In this document: positions 19,545 through 31,404 of the stretch, in pieces
Layout of the letters: the number at the start of each line of letters is the position of its first letter
Position numbering within the stretch: the stretch's first letter is position 1
NCBI GenBank assembly: GCA_039915735.1
Contig: JBDSMR010000123.1
Coordinates: 61 to 64,060 of the forward strand
Origin: Usitatibacter sp.
GTDB taxonomy: Bacteria; Pseudomonadota; Gammaproteobacteria; Burkholderiales; Usitatibacteraceae
Direction: 5' to 3'
Length of the DNA: 64,000 nt
Notes under the pieces: model-generated
Databases searched by the model: none
Told to the model about the DNA's origin: nothing
Seen by the model: only the letters and a program-made list of their open reading frames with translations
Position numbers and translations under genes: made by a program

Positions 19545-20446
19545 GCGCGCGCGTAATCCTCCAGGATGCGGCGCCTCAGGGCCGCATCCGGAAGCGGGCC
19601 CGAAAGGGCCCGCACGTTTTCCTGCTCATGGACGATACTTGTTGTCGCGGGAATCGAACAGGTCACCGCGGGATGTCCCGCGATCCACTTGAGCAATGCC
19701 TCGGCCCAACTGCGGCAGCCAATCTCCGCAGCCCATCCGGGCAGCGGCTTGACGGTCTTCGCGCCGAACACTCCACCACCGTCTAAAGGCCGATTGATGA
19801 TCACCGCGGTGCCGCGTTCCGCCGCGAGCGGCAGCAGTACCTGCTCCACATCGCGCGCGTTCACGTTGTAGGTGAACTGCACGAAGTCGAGGCGATCGCG
19901 CTTCATGATCTTCTCAAGGTCGTCGTGGCGGCGCCCATGCGATGTCGTCATGCCGATGTAGCGCACGCGCCCTTGCGCCTTCATCGCCTTGAGGACCGGC
20001 CAGTGCGTTTCCCAGTCGAGCAGGTTGTGGACCTGCATGAGGTCCAGGCGCTCGACTTTCCACAGCTCACGCGAGCGCTGCATCTGCCGCCTTCCTGCCA
20101 GGGCGCCCACGGTCCACACCTTGGTCGCCGTGAACGGCGCGGGCGCGTTGCCCCGCGCGAGCTCCGCGCCGACGACCTCCTCGGACGAACCGTACATCGG
20201 GGACGAATCGACCAGGCGGCCACCTTGAGCGAGGAACGTCCGCAGCACGTCGCCCCGAGCCCTGCGCTGCATCGACTCCGCGCCGCCCACGTCGAAGGTG
20301 AGCCAGGTGCCCAAACCGACGACCGGAATCCTCTCGCCGCTGGAAGGAATGGCGCGGGTGGTGACGCCCGTGGCCTGCGCGCGAGCACCAAGCGAGCTGG
20401 TCGCCGCGCCTGCGGCCAGGAACTGCAGGGCCTGCCGCCGGTTCAT
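19541..20446 (-). CDS. Aldo/keto reductase with a Tat-type signal peptide
   Basis: The internal ATG at 20446 gives MNRRQALQFLAAGAATSSLGARA. VGLGTW and the rest of the sequence fit the AKR fold. Confidence 0.8.
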   Translation of the reverse strand: MNRRQALQFLAAGAATSSLGARAQATGVTTRAIPSSGERIPVVGLGTWLTFDVGGAESMQRRARGDVLRTFLAQGGRLVDSSPMYGSSEEVVGAELARGNAPAPFTATKVWTVGALAGRRQMQRSRELWKVERLDLMQVHNLLDWETHWPVLKAMKAQGRVRYIGMTTSHGRRHDDLEKIMKRDRLDFVQFTYNVNARDVEQVLLPLAAERGTAVIINRPLDGGGVFGAKTVKPLPGWAAEIGCRSWAEALLKWIAGHPAVTCSIPATTSIVHEQENVRALSGPLPDAALRRRILEDYARA

Positions 20447-20487
20447 GGACGCTCCATATCGATCAATAACCCTTAGACTACGCCTCG

Positions 20488-21294
20488 ATGGATCTACCCG
20501 CGCTTGCCAACGCACTCCTGCTTGGAGTGGTCGAGGGCCTCACCGAGTTCCTGCCGATTTCGTCCACTGGGCACCTCATCCTGCTATCGGACCTGATGGG
20601 GCTCAACGACGAGAAGGGCAAGGTCTTCGACATCGTGATCCAGCTGGGCGCGATCCTCGCGATCTGCTGGGAATACCGGGTGCGTTTCATCAGGGCGTTC
20701 TCCGGGCTTGCCTCCGACCCCATCCAGCAGCGCTTCGTGCTCAACCTGTTCGTGGCGTTCCTGCCGGCGGCGATCGTGGGCCTGCTGTTCCAGTCCCAGA
20801 TCAAGAAATTTCTGTTCAACCCGGTGAGCGTGGCGATCGCGCTGATTGTCGGTGCGCTGGTGATCTTCGCGGTAGAGCGCTGGTACGCGCGCCATGGCGC
20901 GCCTCGTGTGGTGGAAGTGGACGACATGACCTGGCGCGACGCGCTGAAGGTGGGCCTGGCGCAGTGTTTCTCGCTCATCCCCGGCACGTCACGCTCGGGC
21001 GCCACGATCATGGGCGGGATGTTGTTCGGGCTCTCACGCCAGGTGGCGACCGAATTCTCGTTTTTCCTCGCGGTACCGATCATGTTCGCCGCGAGCGGCT
21101 ACCAGATGGTGAAGTACCGCGACCTCTTCACCGCTTCCGACCTCGCGCCGTTCGCGGTCGGGTTCTTCGTGAGCTTCGTGGCGGCGCTGATCGCGGTACG
21201 CGCGCTCATCCGCTACGTGGCGCGCAACGACTTCAAGGCGTTCGCCTGGTACCGGATCGTGCTGGGCGTGGTGGTGCTGGCCTACTTCGCTTGA
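20488..21294 (+). CDS. uppP: Undecaprenyl-diphosphate phosphatase
   Basis: [19 protein letters not shown] and [10 protein letters not shown] are BacA/UppP signature motifs. Confidence 0.95.
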   Translation: MDLPALANALLLGVVEGLTEFLPISSTGHLILLSDLMGLNDEKGKVFDIVIQLGAILAICWEYRVRFIRAFSGLASDPIQQRFVLNLFVAFLPAAIVGLLFQSQIKKFLFNPVSVAIALIVGALVIFAVERWYARHGAPRVVEVDDMTWRDALKVGLAQCFSLIPGTSRSGATIMGGMLFGLSRQVATEFSFFLAVPIMFAASGYQMVKYRDLFTASDLAPFAVGFFVSFVAALIAVRALIRYVARNDFKAFAWYRIVLGVVVLAYFA

Positions 21295-21962
21295 TCGTCC
21301 CCACCCGGGACCAGGATCGGCGAGCGGCGCCCGACACACTTCTGCAGGATGTCCATCTCCTCGTCCGTGTGGGTTTCAAACGCCGCCGGCCGGAAGCGCG
21401 AGCCATCGGTCGGCCGCGCCGCCACCAGGCGTGGCACGTGTTTCTTCGAATCGACCAGCTCGCGGTCCCTGGGGTCTTCCGAGGCGGCCAGGTCCACCGT
21501 GCCCCAGCAGGTGCAGAAGTAGGTGCCATCACCGCGAGTTTCCAGATAGACGCCGGTACCGCGGATTCCCGCGGTCACGTTCTGCGCGACGATCTGGCGC
21601 CGCGCGCCGCGGCCGAAAACCGCACCGAGCGCTCCGGTCAGCAGCCGCAGGAATCCCTGCTCGTTCGAACGCTCGATCACCAGCTCGCTACGCGAGCGCA
21701 GCATGAAGGCGTCCTGGCCCACGACGAACACGAAGTGGCCGTCGGAACCGGTGACGATGCGATCGCCCACAATGATGTCCGACTTGTAGGTGGCCGGACG
21801 CCCGTTGATCGTGACCCTGCCCTTGAGGTCGTGGACCTGGTCGGGAGCGCCAAAGGCTTCGAGCGGCAACAAGACGCCGCCCGCGCCGGCCGCCGCAGCG
21901 CGCAGGAAGTCCCGCCGCGCGAGATGCTTGCCGAGGTAGGGGCCGTCTTCCTGCTTCGACAT
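21282..21962 (-). CDS. Tat-signal FecR-domain protein of unknown function
   Basis: The internal ATG at 21962 gives [29 protein letters not shown], with a twin-arginine motif. The central [10 protein letters not shown]...[30 protein letters not shown] is FecR-like. It lies 53 nt downstream of the chpA stop on the same strand. Confidence 0.65.
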   Translation of the reverse strand: MSKQEDGPYLGKHLARRDFLRAAAAGAGGVLLPLEAFGAPDQVHDLKGRVTINGRPATYKSDIIVGDRIVTGSDGHFVFVVGQDAFMLRSRSELVIERSNEQGFLRLLTGALGAVFGRGARRQIVAQNVTAGIRGTGVYLETRGDGTYFCTCWGTVDLAASEDPRDRELVDSKKHVPRLVAARPTDGSRFRPAAFETHTDEEMDILQKCVGRRSPILVPGGDDQAK

Positions 21963-22014
21963 GTCATTGCTCCTGATGGATTGCGCGATTGGGCCATCGC
22001 GGGACGCAGTGCCC

Positions 22015-25000
22015 CTATGCAATGGCGGCTTCGGCCGTGTAACGCTTGATGAGCGCCAGCAGTTGGTCTTCCTGGTACGGCTTGCCCATGTATTCGTTCA
22101 CGCCGATCTCGATCGCATGGTTGCGGTGCTTGTCTGCCGTGCGAGAGGTGATCATGATGATCGGGATGCCTTTGGTCCTGGGATCCGCGCGCACGTTGCG
22201 CGCGAATTCGAAGCCGTCCATGCGCGGCATCTCCACGTCCAGCAGGATGCAGTCAGGCTTGATGTCCTGCAGCTGCTGCAGGCCGTCGACACCGTCCTTG
22301 GCCATCACGACCTCATAGCCTTCGCGCGTGAGCATGCGGCTGGTGATCTTGCGCACCGTGAGCGAATCGTCGACCACCATCACCAGCGCGGCGCCTGACT
22401 TCTCGTCGACCACCAATTCCGTTTCCTGCACCGCAAGCGGCGCATCGGCGGCCATCGAGCGCGCCTGTTCCTGCCCGCCCTGCTCACGGTGCACCAGCTG
22501 CACCGGGTTGAGGATCAGCACCACCTGGCCGTTCCCGAGCACCGTGGCGCCGGCGATGCCGGACAGGCGCGAGAGCTGCGGGCCGATCGTTTTCACCACC
22601 ACCTCGCGGTTGCCGATGATTTCGTCGACGCGGATCGCCGCGCGCTGCACGCCGCTCTTGAGCAGCAGCACCGGAATCTGGCGCAGCGGCGTTGCAGTGT
22701 CGATTTCGCCCAGCAGCGGCAGCAACGAACGCAGTGGGTAAGTGTTGCCCTTCCACTCCACCTCGCCCTTCGCGGCGATCTCGGCGTAGGCCGGGCCCTT
22801 GTATTCCTGCACCTGGTCGATGGTGACCGTCGGCACCGCGTAGACCGTGTTGCCCGCGCGCAGCATCACCGCCTGTGTCACCGCCAGCGTGAGCGGCAGG
22901 GTGATCGTGAAAGTGGTGCCACGGCCGGCAGTTGATGAAATCTCGACGCGGCCGCCGAGCGAGGTGATCTCGTTCTTGACCACGTCCATGCCGACGCCAC
23001 GGCCCGACACCGCGGTGACCTCGGTGGCGGTTGAGAAGCCCGAGTTGAAGATGAATTGCGCCAGCTGCGCTTCCGGCAGTTCGACGTCGGGTGCAAGCAG
23101 GCCCGACTCGATTGCCTTCTGGCGGATGCGCGGGAAATCCAGCCCGCCACCATCGTCGGCGATGGTGAGCACCACCTCGTTGCCGCGTTGCACCGCATCG
23201 ACCGCTATTTCGCCGATCTCCGCCTTGCCCGCGGCCACGCGGGCGGCTGGCATCTCGATGCCGTGCGCGATGGCGTTGCGCAGCAGGTGCTCGAAAGGGC
23301 CGGTGATCTTCTCGAGCACCGAGCGGTCCAGTTCCGTACGCGTGCCCTTCAGTTCGAGGTTGGCCTTCTTCTCCAGCTCCTTGCCGGTCTGGCGAACGAC
23401 GCGGTAAAAACGGTCGGCGAGGTTGCCCAGCGGCACCAGCCGCACGCCCATCAGGCCCTGTTGCAGTTCGCGGTTGAGGCGCGCCTGGGCGTGGATCGCG
23501 AGTTCCGTCTCGTCGAGGTTCTTCTGCAAGCCCTGGTGCAGCGTGATCACGTCGCCGAGGGACTCTGCGAGGAAGCGCGTGAGTTCCTGCATGCGCGAGA
23601 AGCGATCGAGCTCGAGCGGGTCGAAGCGCTCGCCGATCTCTTCCTTCATCTTGATCGTGCTCTGCATCTGGCCTTCGGAGGCGAGCTCGACCTCGCGCAG
23701 CTGCGAACGCATGCGCGCGATGTTGTCCGTGAGGTCGACCATGGCGCGCTTGAAGTTCGCCATTTCGCTTTCGATGCGCGAGCGGGCGATGGAAAGCTCA
23801 CCCGCCTCGTTCACGAAGCGGTCGATCATGTCGGCGTTGACGCGCAGCAGCGCGGAGCGCGATTCGCGCTGCTCCGGCGGCAGTGCGTCGCGCTCGGCGC
23901 GCTCCTGCGCCGCGGCCGCGATGACGGCCAGCGCGGCAGGCTTGTCCTTCTGGTGCTCGAACACCGATGTGATCGGCACTTCAATCGGTTCGGCCTCGAG
24001 GATGTCTTCGCCGCGCGCGAGGCGCTCGAGCGAAGTCGAGAAGCGGTCGACGCGCTCCTCGATCTCGTCGAAGTCCTTTGCGGCTGGCGTTTCCACTTCG
24101 TCGACGGCGTTGACGCGCGCCTCGAGCACGTGGGCGAGCTCGCCCAATCGCATCAGGCCCGTCATGCGCGCGCTGCCCTTCAGCGTATGCAGGTGGCGTT
24201 GCAGCTCGGCGGCCGGCGCGTGGTCCGCAGGGTCCGTCTTCCAGCGGCGCACCGCTTCGGCGACGACCGGCACGATTTCGCGGGCCTCCTCGAGGAAGAT
24301 CGGCAGCAGGTCGCGGTCGACGTCGTCCTTGACCTTGCGTTGTTCCTTGCCGACTTCGAAGGCCTTCGCCGGCTCCGGTGCAGGGGCCGCTCGCTCGACT
24401 ACCCGCGCCGGCGCGACCCATGCGGCAATCGCCGGCGCGGGTGGCGGGGCGACCGGTTCGAACACGTGCTGCGATTCCACGACGGCTTCGACCACCGGCT
24501 CTGGCTCGGGCTGCGGCTCCGGTTCAGGCTCCGGCTCCGGCGCGAGCGGCGCAGCAACCGGTTCCACGACGGCTTCGACCACCGGCCCTGGCTCCGGCTG
24601 CGGCTGCGGCTCGGGTTCAGGCTCTGGCGCGAGCCCTCCAACAACAGGCTCGGGCTCCGGTTCCAGTTCGGCTACGGGTTCGGACAACAATTCCGGCTCG
24701 GGCTGCGGCAACGGCTCAGGCTCAGGCTCAGGCGCAGCAGGCTCCTCCAACACCGCAGCGGGTTCGGCCAGGGGCACAGCTGCAACTGGCGGCGCACCTT
24801 CGACCGGCTGCCGGGTCTCCGGCGATTCCCGGACCATCGCGGGCATCGTGATGTGCGTGCCTTCGCCCGTGTGGCGCGCCTCGCGCAGCGATTCTCGCAG
24901 CTCGGTGAGCTGGGTGACGACATCCTCGCGCGGGTACGGCATCGCGTAACCGCGGATGGACTGCACCATCGCGGTGATGGCGTCGACGGCGCCGCGCGTG

Positions 25001-28000
25001 ATGCCCAGGCGTGTCGCGTTGAACTCGGGCGGCAACTCCATCGCGTCGGCCAACCACTTCTCGAGCGCGGACGACGCATCGGCAAGCGATTCAAAGCCGG
25101 TCGTGCGCGAGTTGCTGGCAAGCGTGTGCGCGGCGCGCATGAAGTCCGCACTCACCGGAACCAGCGCGTCGGCCTCGATGCGGGACATCTCCGTGTCCAT
25201 GGTCGCCACGTGCTGCTCGGCTTCGGCGATGTAGATGCCGAAGAACGCGGGAGCGAGGCTTACATTGCCGATGACGACGTCGGCCTCCGCTTCCGCGTCG
25301 GCTTCCTCGGCGGGCCCGAGAGATGCAGCGACCGCTGCTTCATCCGCAGGCAAGCCCTCGAACGAGAATGGCTCCGCAGGCTGCGCCGCGGGCTCCTCGA
25401 GGCGCGGCGCCGCGACGGGCGCGGTGAGGTCGAGCGACTCGAAGTTGAATCCCGCGGGCTCGGGTTCGATCGCGGGTTGCGCAACCTCCGGCTGCCGGCT
25501 TTCCGCCGGCAGCGATTCCTCGAACGTGAACGCGGTGGCCAGCGGCTCCAACGGGGCGGATGCCGCCTCGACGAAGGGCTCGGCTACAGGCTCGGCCTCG
25601 GGCGTGGAAAGCGCGGCTTCCTCGACGGCAGGTGCGGCCGGCTCGATCTCGAAGGCGAAAGGTGCGGGCTCTTCCGCAACGGGCCGCGCGACCTCCGCGG
25701 GCACCTCCCCGGCTTCCGGCTGGTCGCTTTTGAGCACTTCGGCGCGGCGCGTGATCTGCGTGGGATCGATGCGCGCCGTGCCATTGTCCTTGAGCTCGCC
25801 CACCCAGCGCTCGAACGAGACGCGCGCGAGCTCGATGAAGTCGAACAGCGCGGCGCAACCTGGCTTCTCGTCCTTCAGCCACTTGTTCATCACCTGCTCG
25901 CACTGCCAGGCCATTTCTCCCAGCTCGTTCAAGCCCACCATGCGTCCGCTGCCCTTGAGGGTGTGGAAGGCGCGGCGGATGGTTGTGAGCGCTTCGCGCT
26001 CGTGCGGCGATTCGCGGCTGGTCGCGAGGTTCTCCGCGATGGTCGCGACAACCTCGCTCGCTTCCTCGAGGAAGATCTCGAGCAACTCGGCGTCGACCTC
26101 GGCACCCGGCGCGTCGACCAGCTGCACCACGTGTTCGGTCGGCTCCTCGGCGGGCTTGTCGGGCGCCAGTTCCTGGATGGCGCGGAAGATGCCGGTCTTC
26201 GCCGGGTCCGCGGCGTCCTTGATGGCGTTCAGAGCGGCTTCGCTGTTCTGCGCAACCGTTGCATCGGAGGCGACGGCAGCATCGCGCTGCAGCTCGCCCA
26301 CCGCGCGCTCGAGCTTCCCGCGCGCCTCGACACCCGGCGCATCCTTCCAGTCTTCGTACAGCGCCTGCACCTTCTGCTTCTGCACGTCGATGTCGAGCGG
26401 CGAAACGGTCCCGCTGGGACGCGCATCGATTTCCTTGACGGGAGCCGGAGCTTGCGCGAGGTCGAAGCGAAGCAGCGCCGGCATGAGGACTTCGCGCGGA
26501 TGGGTCGAGCCCTGTTGCAGCGCCGTGATGTAGAGGCCGAGCGCGGAGAGGCCTTCGGCCACCTTCTCGGCCGCTTCGCCCGCGCCGTCGAGCGAGCCCT
26601 CGGCGAACTGCTGGACCTGCGCCATGACGGCGGAGTTGAGCGCGGCCGCCTCGCCCAACTCCATGATCATCAACGCGCCCTGCACCTGCGTGAACTGCGT
26701 GCCGAGGGCGGCGAGTTCAGGGCGGCGCGCGTTGTCGCGGAAGTAGCCATCGAGAACCTGCTCGATGTTCTGCAGGTTGACCTGGACTTCCTGTCCCACC
26801 TGGAAGATCAGCAGCTTTTCCTGCGCGCGACGCGTCATTTCGTCGAGCAGGCCGCCTTCGATTCCGCCCATGGGAGCGAGGGCTTCGCCGGCCATGGCGC
26901 CCTTCAGGCGCTCGGTCACGGTGCGGGACTGGCGCGAGAAATCGGCGCCGAGCTTGAAATAGTTCTCAAGCGCCGATTCGATGAAAAGCAGCGCGGTCGC
27001 GACTTCGAGCGCCTGCGCCTCGGAAGGCGGAATCGCGCGGACCTTCAGGTTGGGCGCCACGTCGGTGAGGCGCACCAGCACCATCGGGATGTCGCCGTTG
27101 GGAAGTCTGGCGGCGCGTTCGGCCAGGACCAGCGACTGTTTCGCGAACGGCTCGAGCGCCGCGCGGTTGCCGGACGTGTACTTGAGCCAGGTGTCCTTCT
27201 GCGACGCCGTGAGCTCGCGCAACTCACGCACGAGGGAGGCCAGCGCCTCGTCGTCGCTGCCGCGCATCGTGTCGGGAATGGTGATGAGCTTGTCGAGGTG
27301 ATAGGCGTCCTTGAGCATCGCGATGCGCTCGGACACGGGACGTGCACGCGCGACCGCGAGGAGCAAGTCGCGGAAAAGGCGCTCAGCGACCTTGCCCGCG
27401 CCCTCGATCAGCTGCTTGATCTGCTGGTCGACCTTGGCGAACAGCGGCTTGCTGGAGGGGCCGACATCGAGGCCGCCATAGACCAGCGCATCGAAGAAGC
27501 CGGTAGCCGCGGACCAGAACGCGCGGCTCGGGCCTTTCGCCTGCAGCGACTCGATCGCGGAGACGGCAGCCAGCATCTGGCGCAGCGATTCGGCGGGTTC
27601 CCCCCCCTTGAGCATCCGCAGCAGCCCCTGCTGGTATTGCGCGCGTTGCAGCTGCAGGGCCTTGGCAAGGACCGGGTCGTCGAGCGCGGCGTTGGCGGCA
27701 AGCGGTGGCAGCTGCACCGCGAGATTCGGGAAGAAGAGGTCGCCTTCATTGGCATCGTTCGCGCCGCGAACGCGATTGAGCTCGAGATAGGGACCGAGCA
27801 GCCGCATGGGATGGTCGGGTTGTCCCGCAAGCAACGTGTCCAGGTACGCCGACATCGCGGCGATCCCTTTCTTCGCGGCAGCCACGTCCGCCGGCAGGCG
27901 CATCGCATCCTCGCCTTCGAGGTACGCGACCAGCTTCTCAAGCTCTTCGTTGAAACGCGTGGCAGCGGCCAGCCCCACCATCGCCAGGGCGCCAGTCGCC

Positions 28001-28161
28001 TGGTGCAGGTGCGTGAGGATGTACTTGACCGGAGCGCGCTCCGTCGGATTCGCGGCGAGCTTGTCGAGGTTCTCGCGCGCCTGGTTGAGCGAATGGTCGA
28101 TCTCGGTCTTGACCCAGGTAAGGGGGCCGAGGTCGAAATCGCTGACGGGATTGGCTGCCAT
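22015..28161 (-). CDS. chpA: ChpA/PilL-type hybrid CheA histidine kinase of the type IV pilus chemosensory (Pil-Chp) system
   Basis: The protein is 2048 aa. It has two canonical Hpt motifs ([26 protein letters not shown]) and degenerate Xpt-like ones ([40 protein letters not shown]). Acidic Pro-rich linkers are followed by dimerisation, HATPase and CheW-like domains and a C-terminal receiver (VMVVDDS...[11 protein letters not shown]...KP). Confidence 0.9.
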   Translation of the reverse strand: MAANPVSDFDLGPLTWVKTEIDHSLNQARENLDKLAANPTERAPVKYILTHLHQATGALAMVGLAAATRFNEELEKLVAYLEGEDAMRLPADVAAAKKGIAAMSAYLDTLLAGQPDHPMRLLGPYLELNRVRGANDANEGDLFFPNLAVQLPPLAANAALDDPVLAKALQLQRAQYQQGLLRMLKGGEPAESLRQMLAAVSAIESLQAKGPSRAFWSAATGFFDALVYGGLDVGPSSKPLFAKVDQQIKQLIEGAGKVAERLFRDLLLAVARARPVSERIAMLKDAYHLDKLITIPDTMRGSDDEALASLVRELRELTASQKDTWLKYTSGNRAALEPFAKQSLVLAERAARLPNGDIPMVLVRLTDVAPNLKVRAIPPSEAQALEVATALLFIESALENYFKLGADFSRQSRTVTERLKGAMAGEALAPMGGIEGGLLDEMTRRAQEKLLIFQVGQEVQVNLQNIEQVLDGYFRDNARRPELAALGTQFTQVQGALMIMELGEAAALNSAVMAQVQQFAEGSLDGAGEAAEKVAEGLSALGLYITALQQGSTHPREVLMPALLRFDLAQAPAPVKEIDARPSGTVSPLDIDVQKQKVQALYEDWKDAPGVEARGKLERAVGELQRDAAVASDATVAQNSEAALNAIKDAADPAKTGIFRAIQELAPDKPAEEPTEHVVQLVDAPGAEVDAELLEIFLEEASEVVATIAENLATSRESPHEREALTTIRRAFHTLKGSGRMVGLNELGEMAWQCEQVMNKWLKDEKPGCAALFDFIELARVSFERWVGELKDNGTARIDPTQITRRAEVLKSDQPEAGEVPAEVARPVAEEPAPFAFEIEPAAPAVEEAALSTPEAEPVAEPFVEAASAPLEPLATAFTFEESLPAESRQPEVAQPAIEPEPAGFNFESLDLTAPVAAPRLEEPAAQPAEPFSFEGLPADEAAVAASLGPAEEADAEAEADVVIGNVSLAPAFFGIYIAEAEQHVATMDTEMSRIEADALVPVSADFMRAAHTLASNSRTTGFESLADASSALEKWLADAMELPPEFNATRLGITRGAVDAITAMVQSIRGYAMPYPREDVVTQLTELRESLREARHTGEGTHITMPAMVRESPETRQPVEGAPPVAAVPLAEPAAVLEEPAAPEPEPEPLPQPEPELLSEPVAELEPEPEPVVGGLAPEPEPEPQPQPEPGPVVEAVVEPVAAPLAPEPEPEPEPQPEPEPVVEAVVESQHVFEPVAPPPAPAIAAWVAPARVVERAAPAPEPAKAFEVGKEQRKVKDDVDRDLLPIFLEEAREIVPVVAEAVRRWKTDPADHAPAAELQRHLHTLKGSARMTGLMRLGELAHVLEARVNAVDEVETPAAKDFDEIEERVDRFSTSLERLARGEDILEAEPIEVPITSVFEHQKDKPAALAVIAAAAQERAERDALPPEQRESRSALLRVNADMIDRFVNEAGELSIARSRIESEMANFKRAMVDLTDNIARMRSQLREVELASEGQMQSTIKMKEEIGERFDPLELDRFSRMQELTRFLAESLGDVITLHQGLQKNLDETELAIHAQARLNRELQQGLMGVRLVPLGNLADRFYRVVRQTGKELEKKANLELKGTRTELDRSVLEKITGPFEHLLRNAIAHGIEMPAARVAAGKAEIGEIAVDAVQRGNEVVLTIADDGGGLDFPRIRQKAIESGLLAPDVELPEAQLAQFIFNSGFSTATEVTAVSGRGVGMDVVKNEITSLGGRVEISSTAGRGTTFTITLPLTLAVTQAVMLRAGNTVYAVPTVTIDQVQEYKGPAYAEIAAKGEVEWKGNTYPLRSLLPLLGEIDTATPLRQIPVLLLKSGVQRAAIRVDEIIGNREVVVKTIGPQLSRLSGIAGATVLGNGQVVLILNPVQLVHREQGGQEQARSMAADAPLAVQETELVVDEKSGAALVMVVDDSLTVRKITSRMLTREGYEVVMAKDGVDGLQQLQDIKPDCILLDVEMPRMDGFEFARNVRADPRTKGIPIIMITSRTADKHRNHAIEIGVNEYMGKPYQEDQLLALIKRYTAEAAIA
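24440..24760. repeat. In-frame tandem duplication and low-complexity GC-rich repeat inside chpA, encoding a PEPEP linker
   Basis: Plus-strand units starting TTCCACGACGGCTTCGACCACCGGC at 24475 and 24562 give a period of 87 bp (29 codons). A degenerate GGCTC(A/C/G)GG run continues to about 24740. It encodes ...APEPEPEP(Q)[12 protein letters not shown]... twice. Confidence 0.8.
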
Positions 28162-28205
28162 TTTCTCTTCTCGTATTCGCGCGTTGCGCCCGCGCCTCTA
28201 TCTCT

Positions 28206-30461
28206 CTACAGCTTGAAGCCGGACACCGAGCTCTTCAGCTCCAGGGCCACCGCTGCCAGGTCGCGGATGGAGCCCGCCGCCTGCTGCGTGCCGCGCGTCG
28301 TCTGCCGCGTGATCTCCAGGATGTCCTGCATGTTCTGCGCCACCTTGTTGGTCGCCGATGCCTGCGTCTGCGTGGCACTCGAAATGGTTTCGATCAGCTG
28401 CGCGAGGTTCTTCGTCACGAAGTCAATCTCGGAGAGCGCCTGGCCTGCCGCGTCGGAGAGCTTCGCGCCCTCGACCACGCCGGTGGTGGACTTTTCCATG
28501 GCCGCCACCGCGTCCTGCGTGTCCGCCTGAATGGTCTTCACGATCGCGCCGATCTGCTTGGTCGCCTCGCCCGAGCGTTCGGCCAGTCGCTGCACCTCTT
28601 CCGCAACCACCGAGAAGCCTCGTCCCGCTTCCCCGGCGGACGCCGCCTGGATCGCCGCGTTCAACGCCAGCACGTTCGTCTGCTCGGTAATGTCCGAGAT
28701 CAGTTCCACGATCTCGCCGATCTCCTGCGAGCTTTCGCCCAGCCGCTTGATCCGCTTTGACGTCTCCTGGATCTGCTCGCGGATGTCGTTCATGCCGGTG
28801 ATCGAGTTCTGCACCGCCGCGCGTCCCTTGTCGGCGGCCGCCAGCGAGCGTTGGGCGACTCGCGCGCCCTCTTCCGCGGTTGACGACACCTCCGAGATGG
28901 AGCGCGAGACCTGCAACACCTGGGCGGTGGTTTCTTCGATTTCCTTCGACTGCCGCTCCGCGGCGCCGAGCAGCTCGGCCGAGATCGACTGCGCCTGCGC
29001 CGTCTTCTGCGTCACCTGGATGGCCGCGTTGTTCACGCCCGCGACCAGCGTTCGCAGCTCGTCGATGGTGTAGTTCATCGAGTCCGCGATGGCGCCGGTG
29101 ATGTCCTCGGTCACCTGCGCGCGGATCGTGAGGTCGCCGTCAGCAAGGTCGCCCATTTCGTTCAGCAGCCGCAGAATGGCTTCCTGGTTGCGTTTGTTCT
29201 CGCGCTCGGCTTCCGCCGCCTGGCGGCGCGAGTCCGCAAGGAACACCACCGCCATGAGCACGAGCACCAGCACCAGCAGCGCGCCGAAGATGATCGTGGC
29301 GATGATGGGCAGGACCGGCTTCTCCGCCTGGATCCCCTCCTGCAGGCGGCCCACCGCGGACTGCAACTGTTCGCTGCCGGAGATCAGCTTGGCGCCGGCC
29401 TGGCGGGCGGTCACCAGCTTCTGCAGCTCGCGCAGGATCGGTCCCACGTTTTTCTCGAAGTCGCCGAACTGCTTCTTGAGCTCGGCCAGCTTCGCGCGCG
29501 TTTCCGTTTCGCGCAGCGCGGTCACGCCGAGCGTCTCGCTGCCCGTTTCGAGCGCGCGCACGAGTTCGCGCAGGTCGTTGGTGTCCTTGCCGATCAGGAA
29601 CGGCACTTCGGGGTCGATCACTTCCGAGCCGAGAATTTCCGCCGAACCACGGCCGAGCCGCTCGGCCAGGAACGTGAGGCGGTTGGCGCGAAGCACCTGC
29701 GCGGGAATGGATCCGGACTGCGTCATGAGGCCGGTAAGTTCCTGCGACAGCGTGGCCATCTCCTCGGAGCCGACGCGGATCTGCGAGATGTTCTGCGCAA
29801 GGGACACTAGATCCTTCTGCGCGTTCAGGATCGAAGTGGCTGCCTGCGCGCTCTCGGGCCAGCGCTGCGCCAGCTCCTCGAGGCGGCTCTTCAGTTCGTC
29901 GTTGCTCGCAGCACTCGGCACATTCACGTCGAATGCGAAGCCGCCGTCCTGCAGGATCTTGAGGTAGGCCGCGAATTCGTCGCGGCTGTCCTGCACCTGC
30001 GCGAACGCGGTCGGCGAACCGCGCGCCGCCACGCCCGCCGCCTTGGCGAGCCGTTGCGTGTGGTATTGCATCTGCGAGGCGATTGTCACGTAAGTGGCGT
30101 TGCGCGTGCGCTGCGTCGTGTCCTCGTAGACCATCAACGCCGTCAGCGCGAGCAGCAGGCCGGCCGCGATACCCAGCGCCTGCAGCTGCATCGTCACCGG
30201 CTTGCCGCCGATGAACGGCATATGGAAGTCGGCGAGTGTCCAGCGCGCGCCGCCCCTCTCCGCCGCCTTGGCCGCGGCCTGCGCCGTGGCAACCCGGTTT
30301 CGCGTCGACGTGGACGTGGGATCCGCGGCCTTGAGGTTGGTCATCGTCGATGCCTGGCCCGAAGCAGGCCGCGCCGCCGCCTTCGGCTTCCCGGCCGGCA
30401 TGAGCCGACGGAAGAAGTCTCCGAGGGATGATTTGGGTTTCACCGCTTGTGCTTTAGCCAT
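28206..30461 (-). CDS. pilJ: PilJ-type methyl-accepting chemotaxis protein
   Basis: It has a TM segment, a PilJ-type periplasmic domain, a second TM segment and a HAMP domain. The highly conserved MCP signalling hairpin is [38 protein letters not shown]. Confidence 0.9.
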   Translation of the reverse strand: MAKAQAVKPKSSLGDFFRRLMPAGKPKAAARPASGQASTMTNLKAADPTSTSTRNRVATAQAAAKAAERGGARWTLADFHMPFIGGKPVTMQLQALGIAAGLLLALTALMVYEDTTQRTRNATYVTIASQMQYHTQRLAKAAGVAARGSPTAFAQVQDSRDEFAAYLKILQDGGFAFDVNVPSAASNDELKSRLEELAQRWPESAQAATSILNAQKDLVSLAQNISQIRVGSEEMATLSQELTGLMTQSGSIPAQVLRANRLTFLAERLGRGSAEILGSEVIDPEVPFLIGKDTNDLRELVRALETGSETLGVTALRETETRAKLAELKKQFGDFEKNVGPILRELQKLVTARQAGAKLISGSEQLQSAVGRLQEGIQAEKPVLPIIATIIFGALLVLVLVLMAVVFLADSRRQAAEAERENKRNQEAILRLLNEMGDLADGDLTIRAQVTEDITGAIADSMNYTIDELRTLVAGVNNAAIQVTQKTAQAQSISAELLGAAERQSKEIEETTAQVLQVSRSISEVSSTAEEGARVAQRSLAAADKGRAAVQNSITGMNDIREQIQETSKRIKRLGESSQEIGEIVELISDITEQTNVLALNAAIQAASAGEAGRGFSVVAEEVQRLAERSGEATKQIGAIVKTIQADTQDAVAAMEKSTTGVVEGAKLSDAAGQALSEIDFVTKNLAQLIETISSATQTQASATNKVAQNMQDILEITRQTTRGTQQAAGSIRDLAAVALELKSSVSGFKL

Positions 30462-30470
30462 TCACCTCTC

Positions 30471-30983
30471 CTAGGCACCAACTTCGAGGAAACGCTGCTC
30501 GCGCACCAGCGCGGGCAGGTCGAGCTCCATCCACTGCGTGCCACCGGCATCCGTGTACGCGCCCGCAACCCACGGGGGCGCGACGGCGGGTCGGGCCGCG
30601 GCGTTGAATTGTTCGGGATTGCGCAAACCCAGCATTCGCGAGACGAGAAGTCCCGCGCCGCCGACGAGGCGCTCGGAGACGAGGATCACGCGCCGCTCCA
30701 CGCCCCCCACAATCGGCGCGGCGCCCTGGAACGCGGAGAAATCCACGACGCTGTACAAGTTGCCGCGCACGTTTGCCACGCCACGGAACCACGTGTGTGT
30801 CAGCGGCACCGGCACCGTCGCGGGAACCGGAATGACTTCACTCACCTGGTTGAGCGAGACGAACCAGTTTTCCGGACCCACCTGGAAGCCGAGCTTCGAG
30901 GCGACAGCCGTACGGGTTCCCGCCGTCCGCAGCCGCTCGGCGACGGAAAGCTGGAATTCGCGCAGGCCGGTGCGTCGCGCCAT
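30471..30983 (-). CDS. pilI: CheW-like coupling protein
   Basis: A single CheW domain of 170 aa, positioned between pilH and pilJ. Confidence 0.85.
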   Translation of the reverse strand: MARRTGLREFQLSVAERLRTAGTRTAVASKLGFQVGPENWFVSLNQVSEVIPVPATVPVPLTHTWFRGVANVRGNLYSVVDFSAFQGAAPIVGGVERRVILVSERLVGGAGLLVSRMLGLRNPEQFNAAARPAVAPPWVAGAYTDAGGTQWMELDLPALVREQRFLEVGA

Positions 30984-30985
30984 CC

Positions 30986-31351
30986 CTAGCCGAGCGCCTT
31001 GATCTTCTCGAGCAGCTCGCCTTCGACGACGGGCTTGGTCACGTAATCCTTCGCACCCTGCCGCAATCCCCAGATCTTGTCGGTCTCCTGGTCCTTGGTG
31101 GTGCAGATGATCACCGGAATGTGTTTGGTCTTCTCTTCACGCGTGATCGCACGGGTAGCCTGGAAGCCGTTGAGCCCCGGCATGACGACATCCATCAGGA
31201 TAAGGTCCGGCAGCTCCGTCTTTGCGCGCTCGATCGCGGCTTCGCCGCTGTCGACTACGATCACCTCGTAGCCTCGCTTCTTCAGCAGCCCTTCCATGAA
31301 TGCGCGCTCGGTGGGCGAATCGTCCACCACCATGATTTTCTTGATGGTCAT
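30986..31351 (-). CDS. pilH: CheY-like response regulator PilH
   Basis: IMVVDDSPTE...LMDVVMPGLNGFQATR...TTKDQETDKIWGLRQGAKDYVTKP is near-collinear with P. aeruginosa PilH. Confidence 0.9.
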   Translation of the reverse strand: MTIKKIMVVDDSPTERAFMEGLLKKRGYEVIVVDSGEAAIERAKTELPDLILMDVVMPGLNGFQATRAITREEKTKHIPVIICTTKDQETDKIWGLRQGAKDYVTKPVVEGELLEKIKALG

Positions 31352-31404
31352 TTTTCAGGTCACTCCGTCTGCTTTCTGTGTCGATTCGGCGATTGCCAGG
31401 TGCT

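Noticed and set aside
24440-24760. A regular GC-rich repeat that could be mistaken for a CRISPR array or minisatellite
   Set aside because: It has no spacer-repeat organisation. The period of 87 bp is in frame and lies inside the continuous chpA reading frame. It encodes a PEPEP linker.
23056-28530. A 1824-aa ORF on the plus strand spanning 5.4 kb
   Set aside because: It lies exactly antisense to chpA and the 3-prime end of pilJ. Its translation is Arg/Ala/Gly/Leu-rich low complexity with no recognisable motif. The opposite strand encodes unmistakable Hpt, HATPase, CheW, REC and MCP domains. It is a typical stop-codon-poor shadow frame of a GC-rich gene.
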